Shown here piece by piece: positions 20,074 through 30,894 of a stretch of 40,173 nucleotides of DNA. The position numbers and the translations under genes were made by a program. This DNA is from a virus (taxonomy: Duplodnaviria; Caudoviricetes), in the IMG/VR virus record IMGVR_UViG_3300017785_008116, positions 1-40,173 of that record. One strand, 5' to 3'. The first letter of the stretch is position 1. Every line of letters starts with the position of its first letter. The notes under the pieces were generated by a model that worked only from the letters and a program-made list of their open reading frames with translations, did not search any database and had not been told where the DNA came from.

Positions 20074-21108
20074 ATGACAGTGAACTTTACAGTAATTAGC
20101 GGGCATTCAGTTCCCAGTAACTATTCTTGGGATAGGGGAACACCCTTTAGTGTGGCATCCCCTCTTTTGTGCACTGTACTTTTACCACAGGGAGGTATCA
20201 TAACTGGTAATGCACCCGGAGTAAAAGTGTTTATAAAAAATAACACTATACTAAGTACCACTACAGTTGGTTTTACGAGCGTTAGTGCTCAATATATTTG
20301 GGACTTTAATGACTATTACAACACTAATAACGATACTTATACATTAACCTGTAGTACAGATATTTCTCATGTTTATATAATGCCGGGTAGTTATGAAACT
20401 ACACTTACCGTAGTTGAAACATATTTACGGGTCGACCCTCAGACCCAACTACTACAAACAAATACTGAAACTAAAGTTAATACTCAGAGCGTCTGTACAG
20501 TACAAGAAATATCGCCCAAAGCTAATCTTTATTCTGTTACTCAACCAACAACAGGTTACGCTCCATTTTTAGTGCGCCTCACAGCTAGAACAACTATACC
20601 TGGCAGCTTCCCTGTCGATAGAATTCTTTGGGACTTCGGTGATGGCTCAGAGAGATTACTTGTTTCTAGATATTATAATGAACCAAATAATAATCTCATT
20701 TTTACAAATTTACTATCTAGTGATTCTGAAGATCCTAGAAATTATGATGTGTTACATACATATACCCGGGAATGTGATACATACCCTGTATTTTATCCTT
20801 CTATCTCTGCATATAGTAGTTCGACCAACAGTATAGATACCTGCTCTTTAACAATTGGTCCAGTTCTGTTATCTACTACAAATGCTCAATTTCATATATT
20901 AAAGGGTAGAAATACACCTTACGGCAATCTTTACTCTGCTGAAATAGATAAAAATCTAACCTTTGTAGCAACACAAAGTGCTACAGAGAGAGTATATACA
21001 TTAATACCTACAATACCCCCTAACCCTATTAGAAACTCATTCGGGCAAACCACCCTATCTTTTGGTAATTCAGGCACAGATTATTATACAGTTTCTGGGT
21101 TATGCTAA
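20074..21108 (+). CDS. PKD-domain virion protein
   Basis: Two PKD-like motifs (YIWDFND...HVYIMPGSY; GYAPF.V...WDFGDG...HTY). Confidence 0.65.
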   Translation: MTVNFTVISGHSVPSNYSWDRGTPFSVASPLLCTVLLPQGGIITGNAPGVKVFIKNNTILSTTTVGFTSVSAQYIWDFNDYYNTNNDTYTLTCSTDISHVYIMPGSYETTLTVVETYLRVDPQTQLLQTNTETKVNTQSVCTVQEISPKANLYSVTQPTTGYAPFLVRLTARTTIPGSFPVDRILWDFGDGSERLLVSRYYNEPNNNLIFTNLLSSDSEDPRNYDVLHTYTRECDTYPVFYPSISAYSSSTNSIDTCSLTIGPVLLSTTNAQFHILKGRNTPYGNLYSAEIDKNLTFVATQSATERVYTLIPTIPPNPIRNSFGQTTLSFGNSGTDYYTVSGLC

Positions 21109-21129
21109 AACTGCTATTAAATATTTATA

Positions 21130-22074
21130 ATGGCAACAGTTGTTTACAGAACATTAGCAGACTTAGAACCAGTTAAGTTAAATTATCAATATAACTATAA
21201 TGAAAATTTGAAAGCCGAAGTAGTAGGTTATACTGAGGGTTTAAATTTACAATTAGTTGAGAGTTTTATTAACTTTCAAGATTTTACTATAAATCGTGAT
21301 ACATGTCTTGTATTAACTACAGCTGTTAATCTTAGTTCTATATTTCAAAAACAAACCACTAAAAAAATTGGAGAAATTCCTCTCACCTTAAAAATCCAAT
21401 CGACTCCAACCTTTCCGGGTTTATCAGGGAACTTTTATGCTATCTATGATGAAGCTAACGCGCTAATAATAAAAACTGCCACTACAAGCGCTGAGGCGGC
21501 AAACTTTTTCTTTAACCCTATAGATGTTGATAGTTTAAAGGTAGAAATACTTGTTGGTGGAAAATACCTTCAGACTGATGCTGCATATCCTTATACCATT
21601 CGAGTTAATGATAAAATTACTGATAATGACGAAGTATACCGGCAGCACTTCTACTGCGAGAATTATAATAACCGCTTTGCTCTAAAGACCTATACTAATG
21701 TAGGTTTCCGATATTTAACTTTTTGTAGTTGTGGCACAATGAGAGGGACAGGGGTTATTTTAAATAGTGTTATAGTTAATAACTATCTACTATCTGCTGT
21801 TACTAATAAAGATTTAAACTACAACTTTACCCCTAATAATAAATGGATTACGTACTATCAGGACTTTCCTTCTCAAGTCTTTAACAAAGATGTTTCTTTA
21901 AATAAGATGTTTGATACTCAAATTAACTTTTTGTTTGACTTCCCTCTACTACCTGCAATTGAGAATAAAGTAGGCACTATTAATATAGCTAATTTAAAAA
22001 CTGGCTTAACCCCTACAAGCACTCCACCCCAAATAGATAATAGCTATGATGAACAAATCGTAACAACAAATTAA
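21130..22074 (+). CDS. Hypothetical virion protein
   Basis: 314 aa ORF in the structural operon; TAAATA at 21118-21123, 6 nt before ATG. Confidence 0.6.
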   Translation: MATVVYRTLADLEPVKLNYQYNYNENLKAEVVGYTEGLNLQLVESFINFQDFTINRDTCLVLTTAVNLSSIFQKQTTKKIGEIPLTLKIQSTPTFPGLSGNFYAIYDEANALIIKTATTSAEAANFFFNPIDVDSLKVEILVGGKYLQTDAAYPYTIRVNDKITDNDEVYRQHFYCENYNNRFALKTYTNVGFRYLTFCSCGTMRGTGVILNSVIVNNYLLSAVTNKDLNYNFTPNNKWITYYQDFPSQVFNKDVSLNKMFDTQINFLFDFPLLPAIENKVGTINIANLKTGLTPTSTPPQIDNSYDEQIVTTN

Positions 22075-22075
22075 T

Positions 22076-24826
22076 ATGCCAAACTTCAATCAAAGAAACT
22101 ATCATAGAATTTTTACCGGTACTAATCAATTGGATGGTTACGATAAAATTTGTTTAGGTTATGAAGCTTCAACAACAGATATAGAGTTTAAAAAAGATAG
22201 TACTACTTTTTTTCATGTGCCTCTTTATGCTGCGACCCAGTATCTTTCTTCCGGGCAATTAATAGGGGATGGAGCTATACCGGGCCCAATACCCGCAATG
22301 GCTGATAGAATTTTAAAAAAACAAGGTAACTACGGTAATACTACCCCCTGGGGTACAACTACCGATATACCTAATGGTACATGGTTATGTAGCTGGTTAT
22401 ATAGTTTATCCGGAGAAACCCCTCAATGGTTTGATCGTTTTTATAACCCCGGAAAAATAGCTTATAATGATGCTTTAATCGGAGATCTAACTTACGGGGT
22501 ATATGAAAAAAATAACCCTGTTTTTGCAGATTTACCTTCCTCTATCCGCCTTGAATCAGGAGTTCTTTACCAGTATTTCCATAATGGTGAAAAAGCCGCT
22601 GAAAATATTATTAATACTTTTTCAGGCCCTCTCTCAACAAATTTACGTCTTAATGTACAAACCTGGTCAGCTTCAGGAATAGATAATACAATTTATAATA
22701 ATAATTTTCGTATCACAAATTTTAAAAATAGTTTTGTTTTAAATACAAACGAACCTGGAGTTGTCGATCGTAATGCTCTTAATTTTGATAATAACGATTT
22801 CTTAGATGCAAAAGTCTCTTATTCAGACAACTACAATTTACCAAATGAATTTACTATAAACTTTTGGGTACAAAATAAAAATTGGAGCACTGCCCTGGCG
22901 ACACAATTAGTAGGTAACTTAAACTATGGTGGTTATGGCATTTCTTATAATAATTTAAAGTATTTCCCATTTTTTGCTATACCTGAAACATTCTACGGTC
23001 ATTTATACTATTATAATCAAGAGGGGCTAAATTATTCAGATAAAAGTACTCAATCTGTCATTAGCTTTATATCTCCAGAGTTGAGTGGTTCAAGTTCGCC
23101 TATACAGGTTAGTATGAATAGTGATAATGAGGTTTTAGTTTTAGATAAAAGTAATCCTATAGGCATCTATAAATTTAACCACCTAGGGGATGTTTTAGCA
23201 GTACCTCGTTTAAGTAGCGGTGAACCATATATTATTTCTGGAGAGCCAAAACAGTTTATTATAGATCAATTTGATGGTTGTTATTTACAGACTACTGAAG
23301 CATTTTATTACTTTGATAATAATTTAACTTTTGTTGCGGTAAGCTCTATTCCTTATGTAGACCAAACAAACGGTGCTATAACTGAAATAAATTATAGCTA
23401 CAACACAGGTGTAAATATAACTCCAGGCACCTACACAACAACTGTAACCGGGTTATCAACATCAGGTCAAGGGGTAGGAGCAGTTTTTGAAATACAGGTT
23501 AATAGTTTAAGCGCTATATCTGATATCTTTATACCTGGTGGCGGAAGCTTATACACTTTAAATGAAATTTTATCAGTTAATAATTTAATATTTACTGGTT
23601 TAAGTGGGGAGTATCTTGCAAGTGGTTCAGTTAATCTATCCCTTACAAGTACTAGTATTGGGTTCGGTGGTATACTTACCTATGATCTATCAGGTAACAT
23701 TTTAAGAGAGCCGCCATGTATAGACACCAAATACGACAACGGGGGTAAGAAGTGGGTAGTAGATAGTTCTGGAGATTTATTTGTAAATGGTGTACAACAG
23801 ACTAACTTTACCAATTGCTCAAATATAACTATAGATCCTGAAAGCAACGTTTGGGTATTTTATGGCAATAACAACGTTACAAAGATTAATACAACTACTC
23901 TTTCTGCTATAACTAGTTTTGAACTAGGTATTAGACAGCCTGATGTAAACAATGTAAGCTTTATCTACACGTATGATAGAGCCAATAATAAACAGCAATG
24001 GTATAGCTTAGTATATAGAAGTAATGAAAAAACTCTATATCAGGTAACTTTAGATGGAGACATAGCTCGATCCTCTTTTATACCTGACAGCACTAATATA
24101 GTATTAACTCCACCAGAAAAAGAAGATAAAAACTTTATGAAGTTTAACGGTAGAGGTGACTTTACAGGTTATGAATGGAAGAGAATTTTTAATAAAGTTT
24201 TATACAACAATAACCCACAGCTACAGTTTAAAATAATAGCTCAAAAGCCTTTACGAGGAACCCCTCTTAAAACTTTTACTCTATCAGTCCCAGTGCAATA
24301 TCTAACAGATGAAACCTGGCACCTTATTACAGGCACCCTTAAAAATCGTACATTATCTTTATACGTTGATACCCGACTAAGAGATGAAATATTACTCCCG
24401 GGTAATTACTCAGTTAGTTATCTTCGAAAAAATGACCTGTATATAGGCACACCTACTGGTAAATTTACAAATTTAAATACTGAGTTAAACTCTCAAGCTC
24501 TTATATTCAATGGGTATATAGATAATATTAGAATTTATGATTATGCAATAAAACCTTCCTTTTTAAATATGTTTGTTAAAGGCTATTTTGAAGGAGAGAA
24601 TCTAATATGGAGTATACCTACTTCTCAAATTCAATATATTGAAGGAATTGAACGATTCTTTAAACACAAAGCCCCTGGATCAAAAAGTGCATTCTTTAAG
24701 ATTAAGCTTTCCGGACTTAGTATAACCGATGAAAACACCCGTGCAATGATCGTAGCTTCTGTTAAAGCTGCTGTTGAACGCACTAAACCTGCTTATTCAG
24801 AATTAATTTCTGTGGAATGGGTTTAA
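22076..24826 (+). CDS. Virion protein with split LamG/concanavalin-like domain and beta-propeller insert
   Basis: 'ALNFD...EFTINFWV' N-half and 'WHLITGT...LYVD...LYIG...FNGYIDNIRIYDYA' C-half of a LamG-like fold, separated by propeller-like blades. Confidence 0.65.
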   Translation: MPNFNQRNYHRIFTGTNQLDGYDKICLGYEASTTDIEFKKDSTTFFHVPLYAATQYLSSGQLIGDGAIPGPIPAMADRILKKQGNYGNTTPWGTTTDIPNGTWLCSWLYSLSGETPQWFDRFYNPGKIAYNDALIGDLTYGVYEKNNPVFADLPSSIRLESGVLYQYFHNGEKAAENIINTFSGPLSTNLRLNVQTWSASGIDNTIYNNNFRITNFKNSFVLNTNEPGVVDRNALNFDNNDFLDAKVSYSDNYNLPNEFTINFWVQNKNWSTALATQLVGNLNYGGYGISYNNLKYFPFFAIPETFYGHLYYYNQEGLNYSDKSTQSVISFISPELSGSSSPIQVSMNSDNEVLVLDKSNPIGIYKFNHLGDVLAVPRLSSGEPYIISGEPKQFIIDQFDGCYLQTTEAFYYFDNNLTFVAVSSIPYVDQTNGAITEINYSYNTGVNITPGTYTTTVTGLSTSGQGVGAVFEIQVNSLSAISDIFIPGGGSLYTLNEILSVNNLIFTGLSGEYLASGSVNLSLTSTSIGFGGILTYDLSGNILREPPCIDTKYDNGGKKWVVDSSGDLFVNGVQQTNFTNCSNITIDPESNVWVFYGNNNVTKINTTTLSAITSFELGIRQPDVNNVSFIYTYDRANNKQQWYSLVYRSNEKTLYQVTLDGDIARSSFIPDSTNIVLTPPEKEDKNFMKFNGRGDFTGYEWKRIFNKVLYNNNPQLQFKIIAQKPLRGTPLKTFTLSVPVQYLTDETWHLITGTLKNRTLSLYVDTRLRDEILLPGNYSVSYLRKNDLYIGTPTGKFTNLNTELNSQALIFNGYIDNIRIYDYAIKPSFLNMFVKGYFEGENLIWSIPTSQIQYIEGIERFFKHKAPGSKSAFFKIKLSGLSITDENTRAMIVASVKAAVERTKPAYSELISVEWV

Positions 24827-24857
24827 AAACCTGAACTAACCGTTTAAATAATCTATA

Positions 24858-27800
24858 ATGGCGTTTGGTAATATAACATTAAGTGCAGTTAGATATAATA
24901 ATGAACCTGCAGTAAGGTCTCTATCTGCTGTTGTTGTCGGTCCAGGTATACCTGATAACAATGAAACTATTAAATGGAGTTTTGATACTTCTTCTGTTAC
25001 TGCTCGTCTACCATCAGGAACCTCTTATACAGCAGAAACCTTAGGGGCTGTTACCAGCTTAAGTTCTATTATCTTTAGTATAACTACTGATACCTATGAT
25101 TATAAAAGTGTAATAGATATTGGTCCTTCTCAGAGTACAATACTCGGAGTTACCTTATTAACCGGGGTTGAAGATATTGAAGAAAATATAGGTAGCTCAG
25201 ATACATATGAACTAGAATTTGACCTCTTTCCTGATATACCCCTACCAACTCTGTATATAAATTACGAGAATACAGATAATAGCAACATCTTTTATCGTCA
25301 AGCAACAGGCACCTATAATGCACAGCTGTCTGTAGTTTTTGATGACTCCTTTCTCAATCTTACAAACCTTTTAACTGCCAGTGAACAATTTGCAAATACT
25401 AATGTTTGGTCAATAAGCTCATCCCTATCAGCAAGTTTACCTAATCAAAAAGTAACTCCTGATAATAAAACTGGAGGCACACTTTTAATACCAAGCTCGG
25501 GTATACCTTTCAATACCATTAGTACGATTACAAATGTTACAACTGCCGGTTTACCAAATTACTTTTTACACGCTAATCAAACCTATGTAGTACCTCAGTC
25601 TGGGTATACAACAACAGGCGGTGGTGTAAGTGCAATTTTCACAATCACGGTCAGTAATAGTACCGTGTCAACTCTCTCAACAACGAATGGCGGGCTACAT
25701 TTTCAACCTCAAGACGGAATAACAATTAGCCGAGAAACCTTAGGTATAAGTGTTGAAGATCCTACTATTACTTTTGAAGTGGAGTCTGTATCTAACAAAG
25801 ATCATTTTATAGCTCGAAACGCAGTATCACTAACCCCTCAAACCTATACCTACTCAGTCTTTGCTTATCCCTCTGGCGGCGGTTATTTGTATTTTGATGG
25901 ATTTAATAAAGGTTCTGCAGTTTTTGACGTACAGGACGGAATAGCCTATAATAACGGGTCTTGGGATTCAGTATCTATAGAAACCTATGACCCACCACCT
26001 ATTGAAGAAACTAGCCCTCTCTTTAATGTAAAGTTAAATGGTGAACTCAACACTATAGTATTATCAGGGGATAGATTCTTTTTAGGTGGTAATTTTACAA
26101 CCTGTAACGATGTAAATGTGGGTTATGCCTGTGCTGTAGGTCTGAGTGGTAATGGACCTCTAACCTCTGGCCTAACACTTTCAGGATTCTCAGGGGGGGA
26201 TGCTCTCGGCAGAGTTCCTCTAGGGGTTAATACAATAGCTGTTTCAGGAAATAGTTTATACGTAGGTGGCAACTTTACATCATATAGAGGTACAGCAGTT
26301 TCCCATATAGTATGCTTAACAGGTACTGGAAACTTAGCGTCATCAAGTAAATTTACTGGAGGTATTAACTCACCAGCGGTAAATATAATTAAACCAGATA
26401 CCACTCGTAATATTATTTTTGTAGGTGGGGATTTTACTACCTATAATAGTACTACTCGTAACGGACTTGCTGTAATTGATCCTAATGGTGCATTAGTTGC
26501 TAATGCTATTTTTAATGTCAGTACAGGTGCTTCTACAGATGATTCAGGAAATACAGGTAGAGTAAAAGCTATAGCGCTTGAGCCAGGGGGTAATATTTTA
26601 ATAGGCGGCTCATTTAAAAACTGGGCCGGTAGAACAAATACAAAAAATATTGTTCGAACATCTTCGACGGGTGCTAGTAATACAACTTTAGGGTTAAAGC
26701 CTGGCGTTTATGTTTATAAAGCGGGTACAACCTACTATAATGGGGTAGTGACGTCTATACAAGTAGACTCTGGAGGTAGTATATATATAGGTGGTAGTTT
26801 TGAATACTATAATAGTACTGCTACTAGAAATTTAGTTAAACTATCAAGCAATGGTACAACTACAACCATCACCCCCTACACAATCGGTGTTCCAGGCAAC
26901 TTTATAAACAACTTAACTTTAAACTTAAGCGGAACAAGCTTATACGTTGGAGGAAACTTTACCGATGTTGTAGGTTCTCCTTATTATCGTTTATATCGAT
27001 TAGATACTACTACAAATAATATAGATTCTACTTTTAATACCCGATTAGGTCTTAATAATTCTGTAAATACTATATTCTTATCTTCTGGGGCAACTAAAGA
27101 AAGTGATGTCATATTTACAGGTGGAGATTTTACTACCTATAAAGGACAAGCTGCCAACAATATAATATCTTTAAACTCAAAGGGAGATTATAGACAGAGT
27201 AATTTTACCCTAGAAGGAGCTAGAGGTTGGTCAAGATGTTGCGCAACATTTACTCTAACATCTACACAAACAGATAAACTCTATCTTGGGGTAACCACAG
27301 ATACAGATTCTGTCTCTTCAGATGCTACTTCCAACGATGCAGTATATGTTTGGGGCGCACAATTAAACTACTTACAAACAGGAACTACAACTCCGTATAT
27401 TTGTACCTTATCTGTACCCAGAGCACTTTTTTATAATACAGCCCATCTTTATCTCAACAATCAAACCACCCCAACTTTATCTCTACCAATAACTGCATCA
27501 ACTATCTTTACAACTTTATGTAGTTTTAATACAAGTATACCAAGAGTTAGTAGCTATCAGGTTGTAGTATCTGCTAGTTCAACGTTTGATTCTTTAGGTG
27601 AAACAGTAAGAGAAAAATGGTATACCCCTCATATATATTCAAATAGTATTTCAGCTATTTTTGTTAACACCCTTTTATCAGCAGACTTTGTAGCATTTGC
27701 AAAAAATTATTTTAATAGTTCGGGCTCTAAATTTGGTCCAATTTCAGCTAGTCAAGATTATACAACAACCCCTGGCCCCTGCTTTTACGGAGAAGGTCAT

Positions 27801-30800
27801 ACTGAAACTATTAATCTTTCTGCCAATGGAACTAGAGCATCAGCATATTATTGGACTATTGGTTCTACAGATTTAGGGTTTTATCAAGCTTCAGCTATAA
27901 CCTCAATTCTTCCAAGCCCGTCGGGCTACTACGATGTATCTATACCTACTCAACTCAATTTTTACCCTAAAATACCTATACAGTTAGTAGTTTCAGATGG
28001 AACTATTTTATCCTCTGGTCCGTTTTACTATTATGATGATAGTACTGGAGAAGAACTGCCTTATCCGTTCTATTATAATACAGAAGATCAAGCTAGTCGT
28101 AACACTAAATACCGAAACGGTATACAGGTTGTAAGTTATGTGCCTCCTACATCTTCTTTTAGTTCCGGGTTCACTCAGTGCCCCGGCTTTCTACCAACTG
28201 ATGACTCCCTTAAAAGTTATGCAGCCTTTTTAAGGGTATCTTTATCCGGAGATACAGCTAGTACTTTAGACTTTTGTTATGGTTTATATGATTTAGTTTA
28301 TAGATGGTCTACCTTTGTTCATCTCTCAGCACCTATAACTACACCCCCTTTTGGTACAACTGCAAGTTTTGTTGATATAACTTCTACACTAACAGGTAAG
28401 CCTTCCTCTTGGTATACTACTCAGTGTTTAGTTACATCAATAACTGCAGCACCCTTTGATGTAACTCTTAATACCTTAACTTCTGCTTTATCAGGACCTT
28501 ACCCTAAAAAATGGCGCATCGAGGCCTCCACTAATCTTTCTGCAGAAAGAACACCTAATAGAAGTACTGGTGGGCCATTGACCTGGTCTCTTTCAACCCC
28601 TTCGTGGTCAGTTGAGACTCAAATATCATCCAACAATATTGATTATGTTTTTGAATTACAATACTCTAAAGACGGCTCAAACCCTTACACAGCTAGTATT
28701 AATAATAATACACCAATATATCTTCAAGGAAGTCAAATTGTTAGTACTGTTATATCTGCTGAACCTTTTGATTGGCAAATTAAAGAGTATGTTTATACTG
28801 ATAATAAAAACTGCTCAATTTACTCTCGAGGTGATTTTAAAGTATATACCTCAAACAGATATGTACTAACAGGCACTCAGGTTAAATTTCAAAATATATC
28901 AGTAGGATTTAATGCTGTTGATCGAATTGAAGTTAATTTAGATAATAGTCAAATAGAAACTTTAAGTGGAACATCCCTATACAGCAATGTAACTGCAACC
29001 TACACTGATATAGGTTATAAGACAATTACTAGCACTGTTTACTACACGAGTGCTGTACCAGATGAAGTAAGGTTCCCTGTTACCTCCATCTTTACTGATA
29101 TTATCAAAGTAGTTGCTGAATATGACACTATAGATACAGAAAACTATCGTACACCAGAAACCCCTCTACAGTTACCATGGCCAGAGGTACCAAAAGTAGC
29201 TCCTAATGAGTGGGTAAACGAGGATAATATAAATTCTGTATTTACTAAGTTTTATGAAAATTTAGAATATTTAGAAACAAGAGGACGAGGTTATGAGACC
29301 AGACCTGCTGAATTTTTTGGATGGCTAGGAGCACCTCCTCTATTAGATACAACTTGCCCAATTTACACTTGGGATAGTTTAGACTGTCTTGTAACTAATA
29401 ACCTTAATACAGTAACTTGGGAGGATGTTCAAAATGTAACACCAGAGTTCCCTTCAATAACTGCAACTGGTAGACTTTCAAGCTGCTGTGCTTGGGATGA
29501 TTATATTTGCACCCCGCAAGAGCAAAATCCTGAAAAGATAGGCAAGTATTGTATATCATGGAAATGGTCAGCTAGAACTTCTGCTAACTCTAGAACAGCA
29601 GTAACTTGGAGTAGCACTAAGAGTAACAGATCTTATAATAAAAAATGGGTCTTTGAGCCATGTATAACTCAAGATGGAGGCATCTTAATAGGATCAGCCT
29701 GTGAAGAGGGAGTATGGAATGTTAATATAGAAAAAATTAATACATATTATGATCCAATCGCTAACTGTGCGGTTAATTCTAGTTGCACCTATAGGGATAT
29801 AGTTAGTAGAAATAATATTCTGTATGTTGCCCTTACTAACGAAGTTAAGGTACTATCCTCTGACTACTCAGGTACGTTTGTAGCTTCAAGATTATTACTT
29901 GATGACTTGTTTGCGTTTAGAGATATACGAGGAATTGCCCTTGATAGTCAAAACAAACTATTTGTTCTTGATGGCACTTTAAACCGAGTAGCATCTTATA
30001 ATATTAACCTAACTGATCCAGTGCCTTTTGATCTCTTTCTTTCATGGGGCGGGTTTGGTACCTCGAAATCTACTCAAGGGTTCTCTAAACCTAATGATAT
30101 CTGTATTGATAATTTTGATAATGTATGGATTGTAGATACAGGTAATAAATGTGTGAAGGGCTATTCTAACACCGGTACTTGGCTTATAACAATAATTGAT
30201 TCAAGCCTTCGTACTACACCACCAATTAGTATAACCACAGATTCTGAGAATAATCTTCACTGCTTAACTCAAACTGGGGTTAGAGTGTACAATCAGCAAG
30301 GTACATTCATATTTGAATATACATTTACTGACACAGTAAGCAAAGAAGCTCAACCTATAAAGATAAACTCTAATTACAATAAAGAGATAATTTATATTGT
30401 TTTTAGTAATACTGTTGCAAGATATTTTAGAAATGGTATTTATGCAGGTCGTTTAATTGACAACAAGACCTGTGCTACAAATATACAAGATGTTTATCAA
30501 GATGAATATAGAAACACACTTGTAGTTTCAGGAGATAAGATTTTGAAATATGTTGATCTCATGGAACTTGAAAGCATTAAAGGGCCGTTACCAGTATCAT
30601 ACTGGCCTTTGAGTAATCTACTCATTCATAAAGATGAATATGTTCAAAACTGGGTATATAATAAGTCTTTTCAAAGATTGTGGGATAATATAGAGCTGTT
30701 TAGAGGCTCGTTATATTTCAATGAAACTAGCTGCAAAGGTTATAAACCTCCAACCTATTCTAAAGAGCAAATTGTTATTGGTCAAAATGAAATTGTAACT

Positions 30801-30884
30801 TCTGCAGTAGTTAATAGAAGCATTGAGTATCTATGGAGCAACTTTGAAAGTTTACTAAGTTATTTTGATCCCAATTGCTCTTAA
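24858..30884 (+). CDS. Giant (2008 aa) tail/baseplate appendage protein with delta-60-like propeller and NHL repeats
   Basis: Seven '[LI][YF][VI]GG.F..Y'-like repeats; WGAQL jelly-roll motif; 'F.KPNDICID..DNVWIVDTGNK.V' NHL repeats; TAAATA at 24845-24850. Confidence 0.65.
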   Translation: MAFGNITLSAVRYNNEPAVRSLSAVVVGPGIPDNNETIKWSFDTSSVTARLPSGTSYTAETLGAVTSLSSIIFSITTDTYDYKSVIDIGPSQSTILGVTLLTGVEDIEENIGSSDTYELEFDLFPDIPLPTLYINYENTDNSNIFYRQATGTYNAQLSVVFDDSFLNLTNLLTASEQFANTNVWSISSSLSASLPNQKVTPDNKTGGTLLIPSSGIPFNTISTITNVTTAGLPNYFLHANQTYVVPQSGYTTTGGGVSAIFTITVSNSTVSTLSTTNGGLHFQPQDGITISRETLGISVEDPTITFEVESVSNKDHFIARNAVSLTPQTYTYSVFAYPSGGGYLYFDGFNKGSAVFDVQDGIAYNNGSWDSVSIETYDPPPIEETSPLFNVKLNGELNTIVLSGDRFFLGGNFTTCNDVNVGYACAVGLSGNGPLTSGLTLSGFSGGDALGRVPLGVNTIAVSGNSLYVGGNFTSYRGTAVSHIVCLTGTGNLASSSKFTGGINSPAVNIIKPDTTRNIIFVGGDFTTYNSTTRNGLAVIDPNGALVANAIFNVSTGASTDDSGNTGRVKAIALEPGGNILIGGSFKNWAGRTNTKNIVRTSSTGASNTTLGLKPGVYVYKAGTTYYNGVVTSIQVDSGGSIYIGGSFEYYNSTATRNLVKLSSNGTTTTITPYTIGVPGNFINNLTLNLSGTSLYVGGNFTDVVGSPYYRLYRLDTTTNNIDSTFNTRLGLNNSVNTIFLSSGATKESDVIFTGGDFTTYKGQAANNIISLNSKGDYRQSNFTLEGARGWSRCCATFTLTSTQTDKLYLGVTTDTDSVSSDATSNDAVYVWGAQLNYLQTGTTTPYICTLSVPRALFYNTAHLYLNNQTTPTLSLPITASTIFTTLCSFNTSIPRVSSYQVVVSASSTFDSLGETVREKWYTPHIYSNSISAIFVNTLLSADFVAFAKNYFNSSGSKFGPISASQDYTTTPGPCFYGEGHTETINLSANGTRASAYYWTIGSTDLGFYQASAITSILPSPSGYYDVSIPTQLNFYPKIPIQLVVSDGTILSSGPFYYYDDSTGEELPYPFYYNTEDQASRNTKYRNGIQVVSYVPPTSSFSSGFTQCPGFLPTDDSLKSYAAFLRVSLSGDTASTLDFCYGLYDLVYRWSTFVHLSAPITTPPFGTTASFVDITSTLTGKPSSWYTTQCLVTSITAAPFDVTLNTLTSALSGPYPKKWRIEASTNLSAERTPNRSTGGPLTWSLSTPSWSVETQISSNNIDYVFELQYSKDGSNPYTASINNNTPIYLQGSQIVSTVISAEPFDWQIKEYVYTDNKNCSIYSRGDFKVYTSNRYVLTGTQVKFQNISVGFNAVDRIEVNLDNSQIETLSGTSLYSNVTATYTDIGYKTITSTVYYTSAVPDEVRFPVTSIFTDIIKVVAEYDTIDTENYRTPETPLQLPWPEVPKVAPNEWVNEDNINSVFTKFYENLEYLETRGRGYETRPAEFFGWLGAPPLLDTTCPIYTWDSLDCLVTNNLNTVTWEDVQNVTPEFPSITATGRLSSCCAWDDYICTPQEQNPEKIGKYCISWKWSARTSANSRTAVTWSSTKSNRSYNKKWVFEPCITQDGGILIGSACEEGVWNVNIEKINTYYDPIANCAVNSSCTYRDIVSRNNILYVALTNEVKVLSSDYSGTFVASRLLLDDLFAFRDIRGIALDSQNKLFVLDGTLNRVASYNINLTDPVPFDLFLSWGGFGTSKSTQGFSKPNDICIDNFDNVWIVDTGNKCVKGYSNTGTWLITIIDSSLRTTPPISITTDSENNLHCLTQTGVRVYNQQGTFIFEYTFTDTVSKEAQPIKINSNYNKEIIYIVFSNTVARYFRNGIYAGRLIDNKTCATNIQDVYQDEYRNTLVVSGDKILKYVDLMELESIKGPLPVSYWPLSNLLIHKDEYVQNWVYNKSFQRLWDNIELFRGSLYFNETSCKGYKPPTYSKEQIVIGQNEIVTSAVVNRSIEYLWSNFESLLSYFDPNCS

Positions 30885-30894
30885 TGATTTTACG

